Shown here: positions 55,705-64,000 of the stretch, one piece after another | Position numbering within the stretch: position 1 is the stretch's first letter | Layout: each line of letters begins with the position of its first letter | From: Alphaproteobacteria bacterium | Lineage (GTDB): Bacteria; Pseudomonadota; Alphaproteobacteria; Micavibrionales; Micavibrionaceae | Reading direction: 5' to 3' | Length of the DNA: 64,000 bases | NCBI GenBank assembly: GCA_021741325.1 | Contig: JAIOYC010000001.1 | Span: 3,906-67,905, forward strand | Program-made: the position numbers and the translations under genes | Notes under the pieces: model-generated | Told to the model about the DNA's origin: nothing | The model's input: the letters and a program-made list of their open reading frames with translations, nothing else | Database searches by the model: none

Positions 55705-56583
55705 GCCCAGCCCCGCCAGAACCAGCAGGCCGCAGAGCGGGTTCGTTCGGAAAATCCAAAGGGAATTCTCAGCATCGTCCGGCCGCCAGATATAAACCTG
55801 CCGGATCAGATGCAGGGCCGCAGGCAGCAGGACAATCGGGGCCCCCGGCTCGCTCATGATCATTCCCGCCGCCGCGAGAAAACACCAGGCCAGGGCATAA
55901 AATATCATCACCCAGACCTTGCTATAAGCCCCCAGTTTCAGAGCCGTCGACTTAATTCCGGCGATCAGGTCGTCGGCCCGGTCCTGATGCGCGTACACCG
56001 TATCATATCCCAAGGTCCAGAAAATCCCTGATACGTACAGCAAGAAAGCCGGCAGCGCGAGGGTTCCGGTGGCCGCGCTCCATCCCATCAGCGCGCCGAA
56101 ATTAAAAGTCAGCCCCAGAAAAGCTTGGGGCCACCAAGTCCAACGCTTCATCAGGGGATAAATCACAATCAGCGGAAGACTCAAAAATCCCAAAAAAATC
56201 GTCGTTCCATTCATTTGAAGAAGAATTAAAAATCCCACCAGCAAAAGCGCGGCCAGGAAACACAGTGCCGCCCGTACGGAAATATCCCCCGCCGCCAGGG
56301 GCCGCAAGCGCGTGCGCTCAATGCGCCGGTCCACATCCCGATCCCAAAGATCATTAATCACACAGCCCGCCGCCCGCATAACGACCGCCCCCGCGCCGAA
56401 CAGGGCAAACAAATCCCAGCGGGCCGGAAAAGCGCCCGCCAGGGTCAGACTCCACCAGCCCGGCAGCAGGAGCAGCCATATGCCCACGGGCCTGTCCAGG
56501 CGCGCGAGAAGAACGTACGGCCTCAGGAAAGTCGGAAGACGCCTCAGGATGGGATGGTCGGTTCGCATATCAGTGTGAGTCAT
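55618..56583 (-). CDS. ubiA: 4-hydroxybenzoate polyprenyltransferase
   Basis: NDLWDRDVDRRIERTRLRPLA (NDxxDxxxD) motif, polytopic. Its 3' end overlaps the gdhB 3' end by 87 nt. Confidence 0.9.
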   Translation of the reverse strand: MTHTDMRTDHPILRRLPTFLRPYVLLARLDRPVGIWLLLLPGWWSLTLAGAFPARWDLFALFGAGAVVMRAAGCVINDLWDRDVDRRIERTRLRPLAAGDISVRAALCFLAALLLVGFLILLQMNGTTIFLGFLSLPLIVIYPLMKRWTWWPQAFLGLTFNFGALMGWSAATGTLALPAFLLYVSGIFWTLGYDTVYAHQDRADDLIAGIKSTALKLGAYSKVWVMIFYALAWCFLAAAGMIMSEPGAPIVLLPAALHLIRQVYIWRPDDAENSLWIFRTNPLCGLLVLAGLGLIAAKAPEPLFRNYQNRQIDRSAFSEIR

Positions 56584-56671
56584 CTCAACATTTCCAGTTC
56601 CATAAGCATCGCCGTAAATTTTTTTAGATCCCCGCGCTGCGCCCGGGACGACAATATAGTAGGATCGAATA

Positions 56672-57391
56672 ATGAGCGAATTATACGGGACATTGCAACG
56701 TCTGTACGTGCGGGAGGATTTAGCCGCAGAAGGCGTTATCCTTCTGGATTCAAAAGCCTGCCATTATTTTAAAAACGTTCTGCGGCGTCAGGAAGGCGAG
56801 TCTTTCCGCGTCTTCAATGGACGGGACGGGGAATTTATCGCCCGGATCGAAACGCTGGGCAAGAAGGAAGGCCGCGCGTGCATCGTCTTGAAACTCAAGG
56901 ATCAACCGGCGACCGTCCTGCCTCTCCACCTGCTTTTCAGCCCGCTGAAAAAAGATCGCATGGATTTCCTGATCGAAAAGGCGGTGGAGCTTGGCGTAAC
57001 AGATCTCCACCCTGTTCTCATGCGCCGGACTTCCAACCGTAAAATCAATGAAGACCGGCTGCACGCCCAGATCATTGAAGCCGCCGAGCAATGCGAACGC
57101 CTGACCATGCCCACGCTGCATCCTCTTAGTTCTCTGGAGCGAGTGATAACCTCCTGGAGCGGTCTGCCCCTCTGCTGGGCGCGGGAACGGGGAAACGCCC
57201 AAGAGCTGGGAACGCTCACAGAAATCCCCCAGGCCTTCCTGCTTGGGCCGGAAGGCGGGTTTGACGAGGCGGAATGCGCATTTTTGGAATCAAAAACGGC
57301 CGTGAAGGCTGTTTCCCTAGGCGAGCGGATCTACAGGGCGGAAACTGCCGCGCTGGTCTGCCTGGCCTATCGGAGCCTGCTTCCCTCTTAA
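56672..57391 (+). CDS. rsmE: 16S rRNA (uracil1498-N3)-methyltransferase
   Basis: 239 aa, SPOUT-type C-terminal block LLGPEGGFDEAE...LGERIYRAETA. Confidence 0.88.
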   Translation: MSELYGTLQRLYVREDLAAEGVILLDSKACHYFKNVLRRQEGESFRVFNGRDGEFIARIETLGKKEGRACIVLKLKDQPATVLPLHLLFSPLKKDRMDFLIEKAVELGVTDLHPVLMRRTSNRKINEDRLHAQIIEAAEQCERLTMPTLHPLSSLERVITSWSGLPLCWARERGNAQELGTLTEIPQAFLLGPEGGFDEAECAFLESKTAVKAVSLGERIYRAETAALVCLAYRSLLPS

Positions 57392-57478
57392 ATCGTGAGG
57401 TTTTGAGCAGTTCTCACGGGTGCGGGCACCGCTGTCAAATCGCCGGGCCGGGCCGGACTGATGGAATTGCAAAAGGCG

Positions 57479-57886
57479 CTAGCCAGATTTTTCAGAGTCA
57501 TCGAAAACACCCTTGTTTATGGTCAATATCGCATTTTCTTTCGAGACACCCTGACCATCATACGTTCTAAAAACGATCTTTTGTTGCTCAGAATCACTGG
57601 TATCTAAAATAATATTATACAATACCCGAGCCGTTGTCAAGTTTGTGAAGTCCACGAGGCGCTTTTTTCCGTTCATGAGCGCAACAAGATTGATGATCTT
57701 TTTCTCTGTAATATCAAAAGCCTCGCCTGTATCCAGCAGCGTATAGTCCCCCACCGGCTCATAATCGTTCCTGTCATCCACAAGGGCGAAAATCTGCCAG
57801 GAATGCGGCACCAGCGGATTGTGCTTGCTGATGAACCGGGGCTTGCGCCCTTCCTCGTTAAAACTGTCGTTGAAATCCATGTTCAT
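57479..57886 (-). CDS. orphan hypothetical protein
   Basis: 135-aa ORF in an AT-richer spacer between rsmE and ahcY. No signal peptide or known motif. Confidence 0.55.
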   Translation of the reverse strand: MNMDFNDSFNEEGRKPRFISKHNPLVPHSWQIFALVDDRNDYEPVGDYTLLDTGEAFDITEKKIINLVALMNGKKRLVDFTNLTTARVLYNIILDTSDSEQQKIVFRTYDGQGVSKENAILTINKGVFDDSEKSG

Positions 57887-57931
57887 GTCTCTATAGTAAG
57901 CCCGCCATAAGCCATATCAAAGGAGATTTTT

Positions 57932-59242
57932 ATGACCGCCAAGCCCCGCGCCGTTGAAAACGACTACAAGGTAAAAGATATCAGCCTCGCCGACTGGGGC
58001 CGCAAGGAAATCACGCTGGCCGAGGCGGAAATGCCCGGCCTGATGGCGCTGAGATCCGAATATGGCGCGAAGCAGCCCCTGAAAGGCGCGCGCATCGCGG
58101 GATGCCTGCACATGACCATCCAGACCGCCGTTCTGATCGAGACGCTCCAGCATCTGGGCGCGCAGGTCCGCTGGTCGTCCTGCAACATCTTCTCGACGCA
58201 GGATCACGCCGCCGCCGCGATCGCCGCGAAGGGCACGCCCGTCTTCGCCTGGAAAGGGGAGACAGAAGAAGAATATGAATGGTGCATCCTCCAGACCATC
58301 GAAGGTCCGGACGGATGGCGGCCGAATATGATCCTGGATGACGGCGCGGATCTTAGCCTTATCTTGCATGAGCGCTATCCCGCCCTGTTCAAGGACATCA
58401 AGGGAATTTCCGAGGAAACGACGACTGGCGTCCTGCGCCTGCACGATCTGGCGAAGACGGGGAAATTGCTGGCCCCCGTCATTAATGTGAACGACTCGGT
58501 CACAAAATCCAAGTTCGACAACAAATATGGCTGCCGCGAGAGCCTGGTGGATTCAATCCGCCGCGCCACTGATATCATGATGGCTGGAAAAGTGGCCGTG
58601 GTCGCGGGTTTTGGCGACGTGGGCAAGGGCTCGGCTGAATCCCTGCGTCATGCCGGCGCGCGCGTGATGGTCACGGAAGTCGACCCGATCTGCGCACTGC
58701 AGGCCGCCATGGAAGGCTTCGAGGTCGTCACGATGGAAGACGCGGCGCCGCGTGCGGACATCTTCGTGACCGCGACGGGCAACAAGGACGTCATCACGGT
58801 CGACCATATGCGCGCCATGAAGGATCTGGCCATCGTGTGCAACATCGGGCACTTCGACAATGAAATTCAGGTCGAGCCCCTGCGCAACATGAAATGGATT
58901 AACATCAAGCCCCAGGTCGACCAGATCGAATTCCCCGGCGGCAAGCGCATCATCCTTCTGGCTGAGGGACGTCTGGTCAATCTGGGCTGCGCGACCGGGC
59001 ATCCGTCCTTCGTCATGAGCGCGTCTTTCACCAACCAGACCCTCGCGCAGATCGAGCTGTGGACGAACCCCGGCAAGTACGACAAACAAGTCTACGTCCT
59101 GCCCAAGGCGCTCGATGAAAAAGTCGCGGCGCTTCATCTGGAAAAAGTCGGCGCGAAACTCTCGAAACTCTCGAAAGAACAAGCCGCCTATATCGGCGTA
59201 CAGGCAACCGGCCCCTTCAAGAACGACACGTACAGATATTGA
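57932..59242 (+). CDS. ahcY: adenosylhomocysteinase
   Basis: [18 protein letters not shown]-terminus, NAD-binding [21 protein letters not shown] block, 436 aa. Confidence 0.96.
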   Translation: MTAKPRAVENDYKVKDISLADWGRKEITLAEAEMPGLMALRSEYGAKQPLKGARIAGCLHMTIQTAVLIETLQHLGAQVRWSSCNIFSTQDHAAAAIAAKGTPVFAWKGETEEEYEWCILQTIEGPDGWRPNMILDDGADLSLILHERYPALFKDIKGISEETTTGVLRLHDLAKTGKLLAPVINVNDSVTKSKFDNKYGCRESLVDSIRRATDIMMAGKVAVVAGFGDVGKGSAESLRHAGARVMVTEVDPICALQAAMEGFEVVTMEDAAPRADIFVTATGNKDVITVDHMRAMKDLAIVCNIGHFDNEIQVEPLRNMKWINIKPQVDQIEFPGGKRIILLAEGRLVNLGCATGHPSFVMSASFTNQTLAQIELWTNPGKYDKQVYVLPKALDEKVAALHLEKVGAKLSKLSKEQAAYIGVQATGPFKNDTYRY

Positions 59243-59261
59243 TCGCCCGAGGAGACGTTTC

Positions 59262-59687
59262 TTAATTCACAAGAACCGTCTCCAGCGTGATCTCCGCCTT
59301 CAGCAGCTTGGAGAGGGGGCAGCCTTTCTTCGCGGCCTCGGCGGCGGCTTCAAAGGCTTCCTTGTCCGCATCGGGCAGGGTGGCCTTGAGGTCGAGGTGA
59401 ACGCTTGTAACCGCAAACCCGTTTTCCACTTTCTCCAGCGTCACCGTCGCGGTGGTCTCGATCTTGCCCGGCGAAATGCCTGCGTTCTCAAGCTCCTTGG
59501 ACAAGGCCATGGAAAAACATCCGGCGTGCGCCGCGCCGATCAACTCTTCGGGGTTGGTCTGTTTTTCATCGCCGAATCGGGAGTTGAAACCGTAGGGCGC
59601 GTTGTTCAGGGCTCCCGTTTCCGTGGATATTTTCCCCTGACCTTCTTTCAATGTGCCTTGCCAGACGGCCGATCCTGATTTTTTCAT
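59262..59687 (-). CDS. osmC: OsmC-family peroxiredoxin
   Basis: 141 aa, AHAGCFSMAL and KGCPLSK Cys-containing blocks typical of OsmC. Confidence 0.85.
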   Translation of the reverse strand: MKKSGSAVWQGTLKEGQGKISTETGALNNAPYGFNSRFGDEKQTNPEELIGAAHAGCFSMALSKELENAGISPGKIETTATVTLEKVENGFAVTSVHLDLKATLPDADKEAFEAAAEAAKKGCPLSKLLKAEITLETVLVN

Positions 59688-59833
59688 GATGATGTCTCCT
59701 TTGTGATTGTTGGATCACACCCTACCAACGATCAAACCGGAAGAAAAGGCGGGATACTTCTTCAGAGGTGCTGTCTACGTCCCAATCCAGCCAGCGCTAC
59801 CATGAATGACGAAACGAACCAGCGAATGTCTAA

Positions 59834-61159
59834 TCAGCGCTTGGTTTTCCGTCCACCCGTTCCCCCACCTTCGCGGATCGTCTCGCGCTCCCGCGCGATG
59901 GCCAATGCGTCTGCCGGGATATTCCGGGTGATCGTGCTGCCCGCCGCGATATACGCGTTTTTCCCGATCTCCACCGGGGCGACCAGATTGACGTTCGAGC
60001 CGATCATCGCGCCCTCTCCGATCACGGTGCGATGTTTGTCCACCCCGTCGTAATTGACGGTGATCGCGCCTGCGCTAAAATTCACCTCCGCGCCCATCGC
60101 GCAATCCCCGACATAGGCCAGATGCCCCACCTTGCTGCCCGCGCCGATGGATGAATTCTTGATCTCCACGAAATTCCCGATCCGCGCGCCCTCTCCTATT
60201 TCGGAACCCGGACGCAGGCGCGCGAAGGGCCCCACGGAGGCGCCCTCCCCGATTACGACTCCCTCCAGATAGGAAAATGCCCGGATGACCGCGCCGCGCT
60301 CCACCCGAACGCCGGGACCGAAGAACACCTGCGGTTCGATCAGGACATCGGGCGCTATGAAGGTGTCATGGTTGAAATAAACGCTCTCCGGATCCATCAT
60401 CGTGACCCCGTCCCGCAGCGCTTGGCGCCGCAGCCTGTTCTGCACAGTCTTCTCTAGCGCCGCCAGATCTTCCCGCGCGTTGCAGCCCCGGACTTCCGTA
60501 ACATCCTCCGTCACTGTCACAACCACCGCCCCTCCCTCCGCCGCCGCCGCAGGAATTTGAGTTATGTAAAATTCTTTCTGCGCGTTTCCGTCGTCCAGCC
60601 GCCCGGCCCAGCCCGCCAGCCTCGCCCCGTCCAGGCAAAACGCGCCCGTGTTGACCAGCTTCACCGCCCGCTCCTCCGCCGTGGCGTCCTTTTCCTCCAC
60701 AATGGTCCGTAACGTGCCGTCTGCGTTCAGCAAAACCCGGCCATAGCCGGCACTGTCCTCGACCACGCATCCCAGAAGCGAAAGTGCAGAGCCTCCTTTC
60801 CTGGCCTTTATAAGCCCGCGCAGTGTATCGGGCGAGATCAGCGGCGTATCGCCCAGAAGGACCAGCACATCCCCCCCAAAGCCCTCCAGCGCCGGCAAAG
60901 CGGCCTTCAGAGCGCCCCCGGTGCCATTGGCAACGGGCTGGATGGCGATCTCATGGGGGGTGACCGCTTTTTCCAGGTCCGGCATGTCCGGACTCACGAC
61001 AATTATGATTTTTTCAGGATCGAGAGATTCCGCCGTTTTCAAAAGCCAGCCAATCATCGGCAGGCCCGCCAGCGGATGCAGAACCTTCGGCAGGCCCGAT
61101 TTCATCCGGGAACCGCGGCCCGCGGCCAAAATTACAATGCGCAGTGATTTTTCACTCAT
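59834..61159 (-). CDS. glmU: bifunctional UDP-GlcNAc pyrophosphorylase / GlcN-1-P N-acetyltransferase
   Basis: LAAGRGSRMKSGLPKVLHPLAG N-terminus and C-terminal left-handed beta-helix hexapeptide repeats. Confidence 0.94.
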   Translation of the reverse strand: MSEKSLRIVILAAGRGSRMKSGLPKVLHPLAGLPMIGWLLKTAESLDPEKIIIVVSPDMPDLEKAVTPHEIAIQPVANGTGGALKAALPALEGFGGDVLVLLGDTPLISPDTLRGLIKARKGGSALSLLGCVVEDSAGYGRVLLNADGTLRTIVEEKDATAEERAVKLVNTGAFCLDGARLAGWAGRLDDGNAQKEFYITQIPAAAAEGGAVVVTVTEDVTEVRGCNAREDLAALEKTVQNRLRRQALRDGVTMMDPESVYFNHDTFIAPDVLIEPQVFFGPGVRVERGAVIRAFSYLEGVVIGEGASVGPFARLRPGSEIGEGARIGNFVEIKNSSIGAGSKVGHLAYVGDCAMGAEVNFSAGAITVNYDGVDKHRTVIGEGAMIGSNVNLVAPVEIGKNAYIAAGSTITRNIPADALAIARERETIREGGGTGGRKTKR

Positions 61160-61255
61160 GTATGAGTTTTACCATTCCCCTGCGTCGCGGAACAGGCCTT
61201 TTACGGTTGACCTTGACCCTCCTCATATGAAATATACCTTTCACGGTATAATGGT

Positions 61256-62287
61256 GTGAACATTCAAAGAACGACCATGGAAAATCAGCGGCTGGAGTAC
61301 ACCGCCGAAGTCGCCGCAGCGACCGGGCCGGTTTTTGAAAAACTGCGCCGCCAGTACAAGGACGATCACTGGCGGACTCTGGCGCCCTATATTTACGCGA
61401 TCAACCTCCTGAAGGCCCAAAAGAACGCCGTCATCCTGGCACATAACTACATGACGCCCGATATTTTCTTCGGCGTGGCCGATATCGTAGGGGATTCCCT
61501 TAAGCTCGCCCAGGAAGCCGCCAGGACGGACGCCGCGATCATCGTCCAGTGCGGTGTGCATTTCATGGCGGAAACGTCCAAAATTCTTTGCCCCGACAAG
61601 AAAATCCTCATCCCGGATCTTCTGGCCGGTTGTTCGCTGGCCGAATCCATCACCGGCGCCGATGTCCGCGCCCTGAAAGTCCGGCATCCCGGCATCCCCG
61701 TTGTAACCTACGTAAACACATCCGCCGAGGTGAAAGCAGAATCGGATGTGTGCTGCACCTCCTCCAACGCCCTGAAGATCGTCGAGGCGCTCGGGCGCGA
61801 AGGGCATGACACCGTCATCATGACGCCGGATAAGTTCCTGGCCCAAAATGTTGCGGCCCAGACCAAGATTAAGATCCTCTTCTGGGAGGGCACCTGCATC
61901 GTGCATGAGCGCTTTACGTCGGAGGATATCATCCGCATCAGAACCCAGCACGAAGGGGCGGTGATCTTGGCCCATCCCGAATGCCCGCCGGATGTGCTGC
62001 AGCAGGCTGATTACGCCGGCTCCACCGCGCAAATGGATGAGTATATAAAGACGCACCAGCCCGCCAAGGCCGTGCTGCTGACCGAATGCTCCATGAGCGA
62101 CAACATCGCCGCGGCCAATCCGGAGGTGGAGATGATCGGCACCTGCCAGATGTGTCCGCACATGAAGCGCATCACTTTGCCGAAAATCCTGAAAACGCTC
62201 CAGACCGAAGCGCCGGAGATCACCGTGGACCCTGAAATCGCAGCTCGCGCCCGCCGGGCGGTCGACCGGATGCTCGCGCTCAGCTAA
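61256..62287 (+). CDS. nadA: quinolinate synthase (start uncertain: GTG 61256 or ATG 61277)
   Basis: ILAHNYMTPDIF, VTYVNTSAEVKA and HPECPPDV blocks. A TATAAT at 61246-61251 argues for the downstream ATG. Confidence 0.92.
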   Translation: MNIQRTTMENQRLEYTAEVAAATGPVFEKLRRQYKDDHWRTLAPYIYAINLLKAQKNAVILAHNYMTPDIFFGVADIVGDSLKLAQEAARTDAAIIVQCGVHFMAETSKILCPDKKILIPDLLAGCSLAESITGADVRALKVRHPGIPVVTYVNTSAEVKAESDVCCTSSNALKIVEALGREGHDTVIMTPDKFLAQNVAAQTKIKILFWEGTCIVHERFTSEDIIRIRTQHEGAVILAHPECPPDVLQQADYAGSTAQMDEYIKTHQPAKAVLLTECSMSDNIAAANPEVEMIGTCQMCPHMKRITLPKILKTLQTEAPEITVDPEIAARARRAVDRMLALS

Positions 62288-62293
62288 ACCGCC

Positions 62294-62821
62294 TTACCGG
62301 AGCGTTGTCCTGACAAGCCTCGCCTTGCTCTCGTTCCGCCGCTGCTGGTCATTGCGGCGGGCCGCGCGGTCTTCCTTCTTGCGCTGATATTCCATGAGGC
62401 TGGTCACGTTCTCCACATCATTGGCAAGGGCCAGCATCATGACTTCTTCTTGCGTACTGGGTTCCCGTCCGCTGAATCTGTATAGATCAGGATCGATTTT
62501 CAGGGCCGCGCGGTAAATCTCCGCATTTTCTTCCTGCAGCATGGAAAGGGCTCTTGTATCCCTTTTTATCGGAGATGCTTTTTTCAGGGCGTAATAATTT
62601 TTAACGGGCGCGGGCGTACGCGCGGACGAGGCCTTGGGCGGGAGAGCGTAGCTTCGCAGGGTTTGGCCGTTATCCGGAACTGGAGCCGCAGGCTGCGTTT
62701 TTTGGGAATCCTCGGCGTGGGGAGTCAAAAAAAGCTTGGTCTGGGCGGCAGCGGACCATCCGGTCCCCACAGCAAGAGCCAACGTCAAACAATAAAAAAT
62801 AATGCGCGAACTGTGCTTCAT
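62294..62821 (-). CDS. orphan secreted protein (start uncertain; track start 62887)
   Basis: The ATG at 62821 gives signal-peptide-like MKHSSRIIFYCLTLALAVGTGWSAAAQ. Basic C-terminus. Confidence 0.55.
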   Translation of the reverse strand: MKHSSRIIFYCLTLALAVGTGWSAAAQTKLFLTPHAEDSQKTQPAAPVPDNGQTLRSYALPPKASSARTPAPVKNYYALKKASPIKRDTRALSMLQEENAEIYRAALKIDPDLYRFSGREPSTQEEVMMLALANDVENVTSLMEYQRKKEDRAARRNDQQRRNESKARLVRTTLR

Positions 62822-63018
62822 AAACCCTGCCTCATTTTTCATGATAGCAGAAACCGGTCTTTTTCTCAAAAAAGCGTCCTTCTGCAAGATATTTCCGTAT
62901 TTTTATTCTTCTTAACCATTTGTTAACCTTTTTGAGCGATTATGGAGACAATCCGCAGAAAAAGCAGATGCAGACGGTAGAAGAAACGGACAAACGTCGA
63001 TAAAAGAGGAGTGATCTT

Positions 63019-63687
63019 ATGTATATGAATATCCAGGAATTTCTTACGGAATCGGGCATCACCGAAAGCTTCTATCCCGGCAAGCGGCTGGTTCAGCCGT
63101 GCAAGCAGCTGGGTGAGTTTAAAAGCCACTGCGTGGTTCTGGATTGGAGAAGCCCGGAAAGAGTTCGTATCGAGATCAAGGCGGGCCTGAGCGGCAGGGA
63201 TCTGGAGCCCCGGAAACTTAAATACTATCCCGTCTGCTTCCAAAGCCCCACCTACGTCGAAATCGAGCTTGTGAACGACAACAAGGAGGATGAGGGAGAA
63301 GAAGACAAGGGCTCCGCCAGCGGAAAAGGAAGCGCGGGGGGCAAGGGGCTGAAGAAAAAATCCCTCTCGGACCTGCAAAACCTGGCGAGCGAAGCCTTCG
63401 GCACGGTCAGGGAAGGTAAAATCCCCGCCGTCGGCAAAATTGTCGAGATGGTTGTGATGGGCAAGCAAATTGCGGCCGAAGCCTTTGGAAACGTCATGGA
63501 GAAGCTGTCCCAGCAAATCGGGCACGCGAAAATTTCCGCCACGGATCTTCTGGCGCAGGCCGGCAAGTTCGTCACTACTTACACGCCGCCCGCTTTTCTG
63601 AAGCCCAAGGGCACGGAAGACAAAGTGTACAAATATGACCGGCTGAAAAACGAGAATATCGGTTACAACCGTTCAGGGCCGGGATAA
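63019..63687 (+). CDS. orphan hypothetical protein with a central acidic/Gly-Lys-rich linker
   Basis: AGGAG SD 8 nt upstream of the ATG. 222 aa, no known motif. Divergent from the secreted orphan at 62294-62821. Confidence 0.55.
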   Translation: MYMNIQEFLTESGITESFYPGKRLVQPCKQLGEFKSHCVVLDWRSPERVRIEIKAGLSGRDLEPRKLKYYPVCFQSPTYVEIELVNDNKEDEGEEDKGSASGKGSAGGKGLKKKSLSDLQNLASEAFGTVREGKIPAVGKIVEMVVMGKQIAAEAFGNVMEKLSQQIGHAKISATDLLAQAGKFVTTYTPPAFLKPKGTEDKVYKYDRLKNENIGYNRSGPG

Positions 63688-63779
63688 CCGCCGCCTCGGA
63701 TCATAAACAAAATCGCCGGAATCTTCTTGGCAAGGTCCTTCGTCTTTGATCCATTCAAGCGCATCGGGGGGCTAAATAG

Positions 63780-64000
63780 CTAGGCCGCCGTCCAGCCGCC
63801 ATCCACAGACAAGGCGGAACCCGTTACGTTCTCCGCCGTTTCAGAGCAGAGAAACAATGCGATGCCGGCCACTTGTTCGACGGTCACGAATTTTTTTGTC
63901 CATTGGGCTTTCAGCATGACGTCGTTGATAACCTCTTCTTCGGTTATGCCGCGCGCGCGCGCCGTGTCCGCGATCTGGTTTTTGACGAGGGGCGTAAACA
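63780..64000 (-). CDS. short-chain dehydrogenase, 3-hydroxybutyrate-dehydrogenase-like, C-terminal part (5' end beyond the window; not in the ORF track)
   Basis: Manual minus-strand translation gives ..ARGITEEEVINDVMLKAQWTKKFVTVEQVAGIALFLCSETAENVTGSALSVDGGWTAA*, stop at 63780-63782. The VDGGWTA C-terminus and KKFVTVEQ block are typical of BdhA-type SDRs. Confidence 0.8.
   Translation of the reverse strand, partial: FTPLVKNQIADTARARGITEEEVINDVMLKAQWTKKFVTVEQVAGIALFLCSETAENVTGSALSVDGGWTAA

Noticed and set aside
57887-57931. Looked for an SAH riboswitch upstream of ahcY
   Set aside because: The spacer is only 45 nt and contains just an SD-like aaaggag. That is too short for the riboswitch fold.
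1-64000. Scanned for CRISPR arrays, tRNA/rRNA genes, transposases, integrases and phage genes
   Set aside because: I noticed no regularly spaced direct repeats, no cloverleaf-like or rRNA-like segments in the intergenic regions, and no ORF with DDE, tyrosine-recombinase or phage-structural motifs. The intergenic spacers are mostly too short. Absence is by eye only, and tRNAscan/Infernal should confirm it.

Overview
This is a dense 64-kb chromosomal segment with about 65 CDS. I saw no rRNA, tRNA, CRISPR array, transposase or integrase. The gene content (HemJ next to rho, a HIG1-type twin-TM protein, CobT, a 1601-aa NAD-GDH, a fliQ-fliR pair, alpha-type L36) suggests an alphaproteobacterium, possibly host-associated; that is inference only. 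The housekeeping backbone is purD, hemE-hemH...hemJ-rho, rpmJ, sufS-sufT, greA, cobT, argC-argB-argD-argF, miaA, nfu, rimO, fliQ-fliR, murG-ftsW, bioB, rpoN-hpf, PBP1A, ccsB-ccsA-tlpA, gdhB, ubiA, rsmE, ahcY, osmC, glmU, nadA and a partial bdhA-like SDR. Between these lie visibly AT-richer islets carrying orphan genes.

The items most worth a second look:
1. An Alg44/AlgA/AlgK/AlgE-like polysaccharide export module with a PilZ receptor but no Alg8-type synthase in the window (17386-22082).
2. Three tandem orphan paralogs, two with near-identical private promoters, wedged between hemH and hemJ (4812-6324).
3. An unknown 352-aa protein with a BioD/CobQ/DUF1611-type P-loop, translationally coupled to argC at the head of an arg operon that lacks argA, argJ and argE. 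It is preceded by a 17-codon Arg-rich uORF overlapping a terminator-like hairpin.
4. A permease-less ABC locus with three tandem binding-protein paralogs and an ATPase with a degenerate signature motif.

All functional calls come from motif recognition and remembered family sequences. No database search was run.
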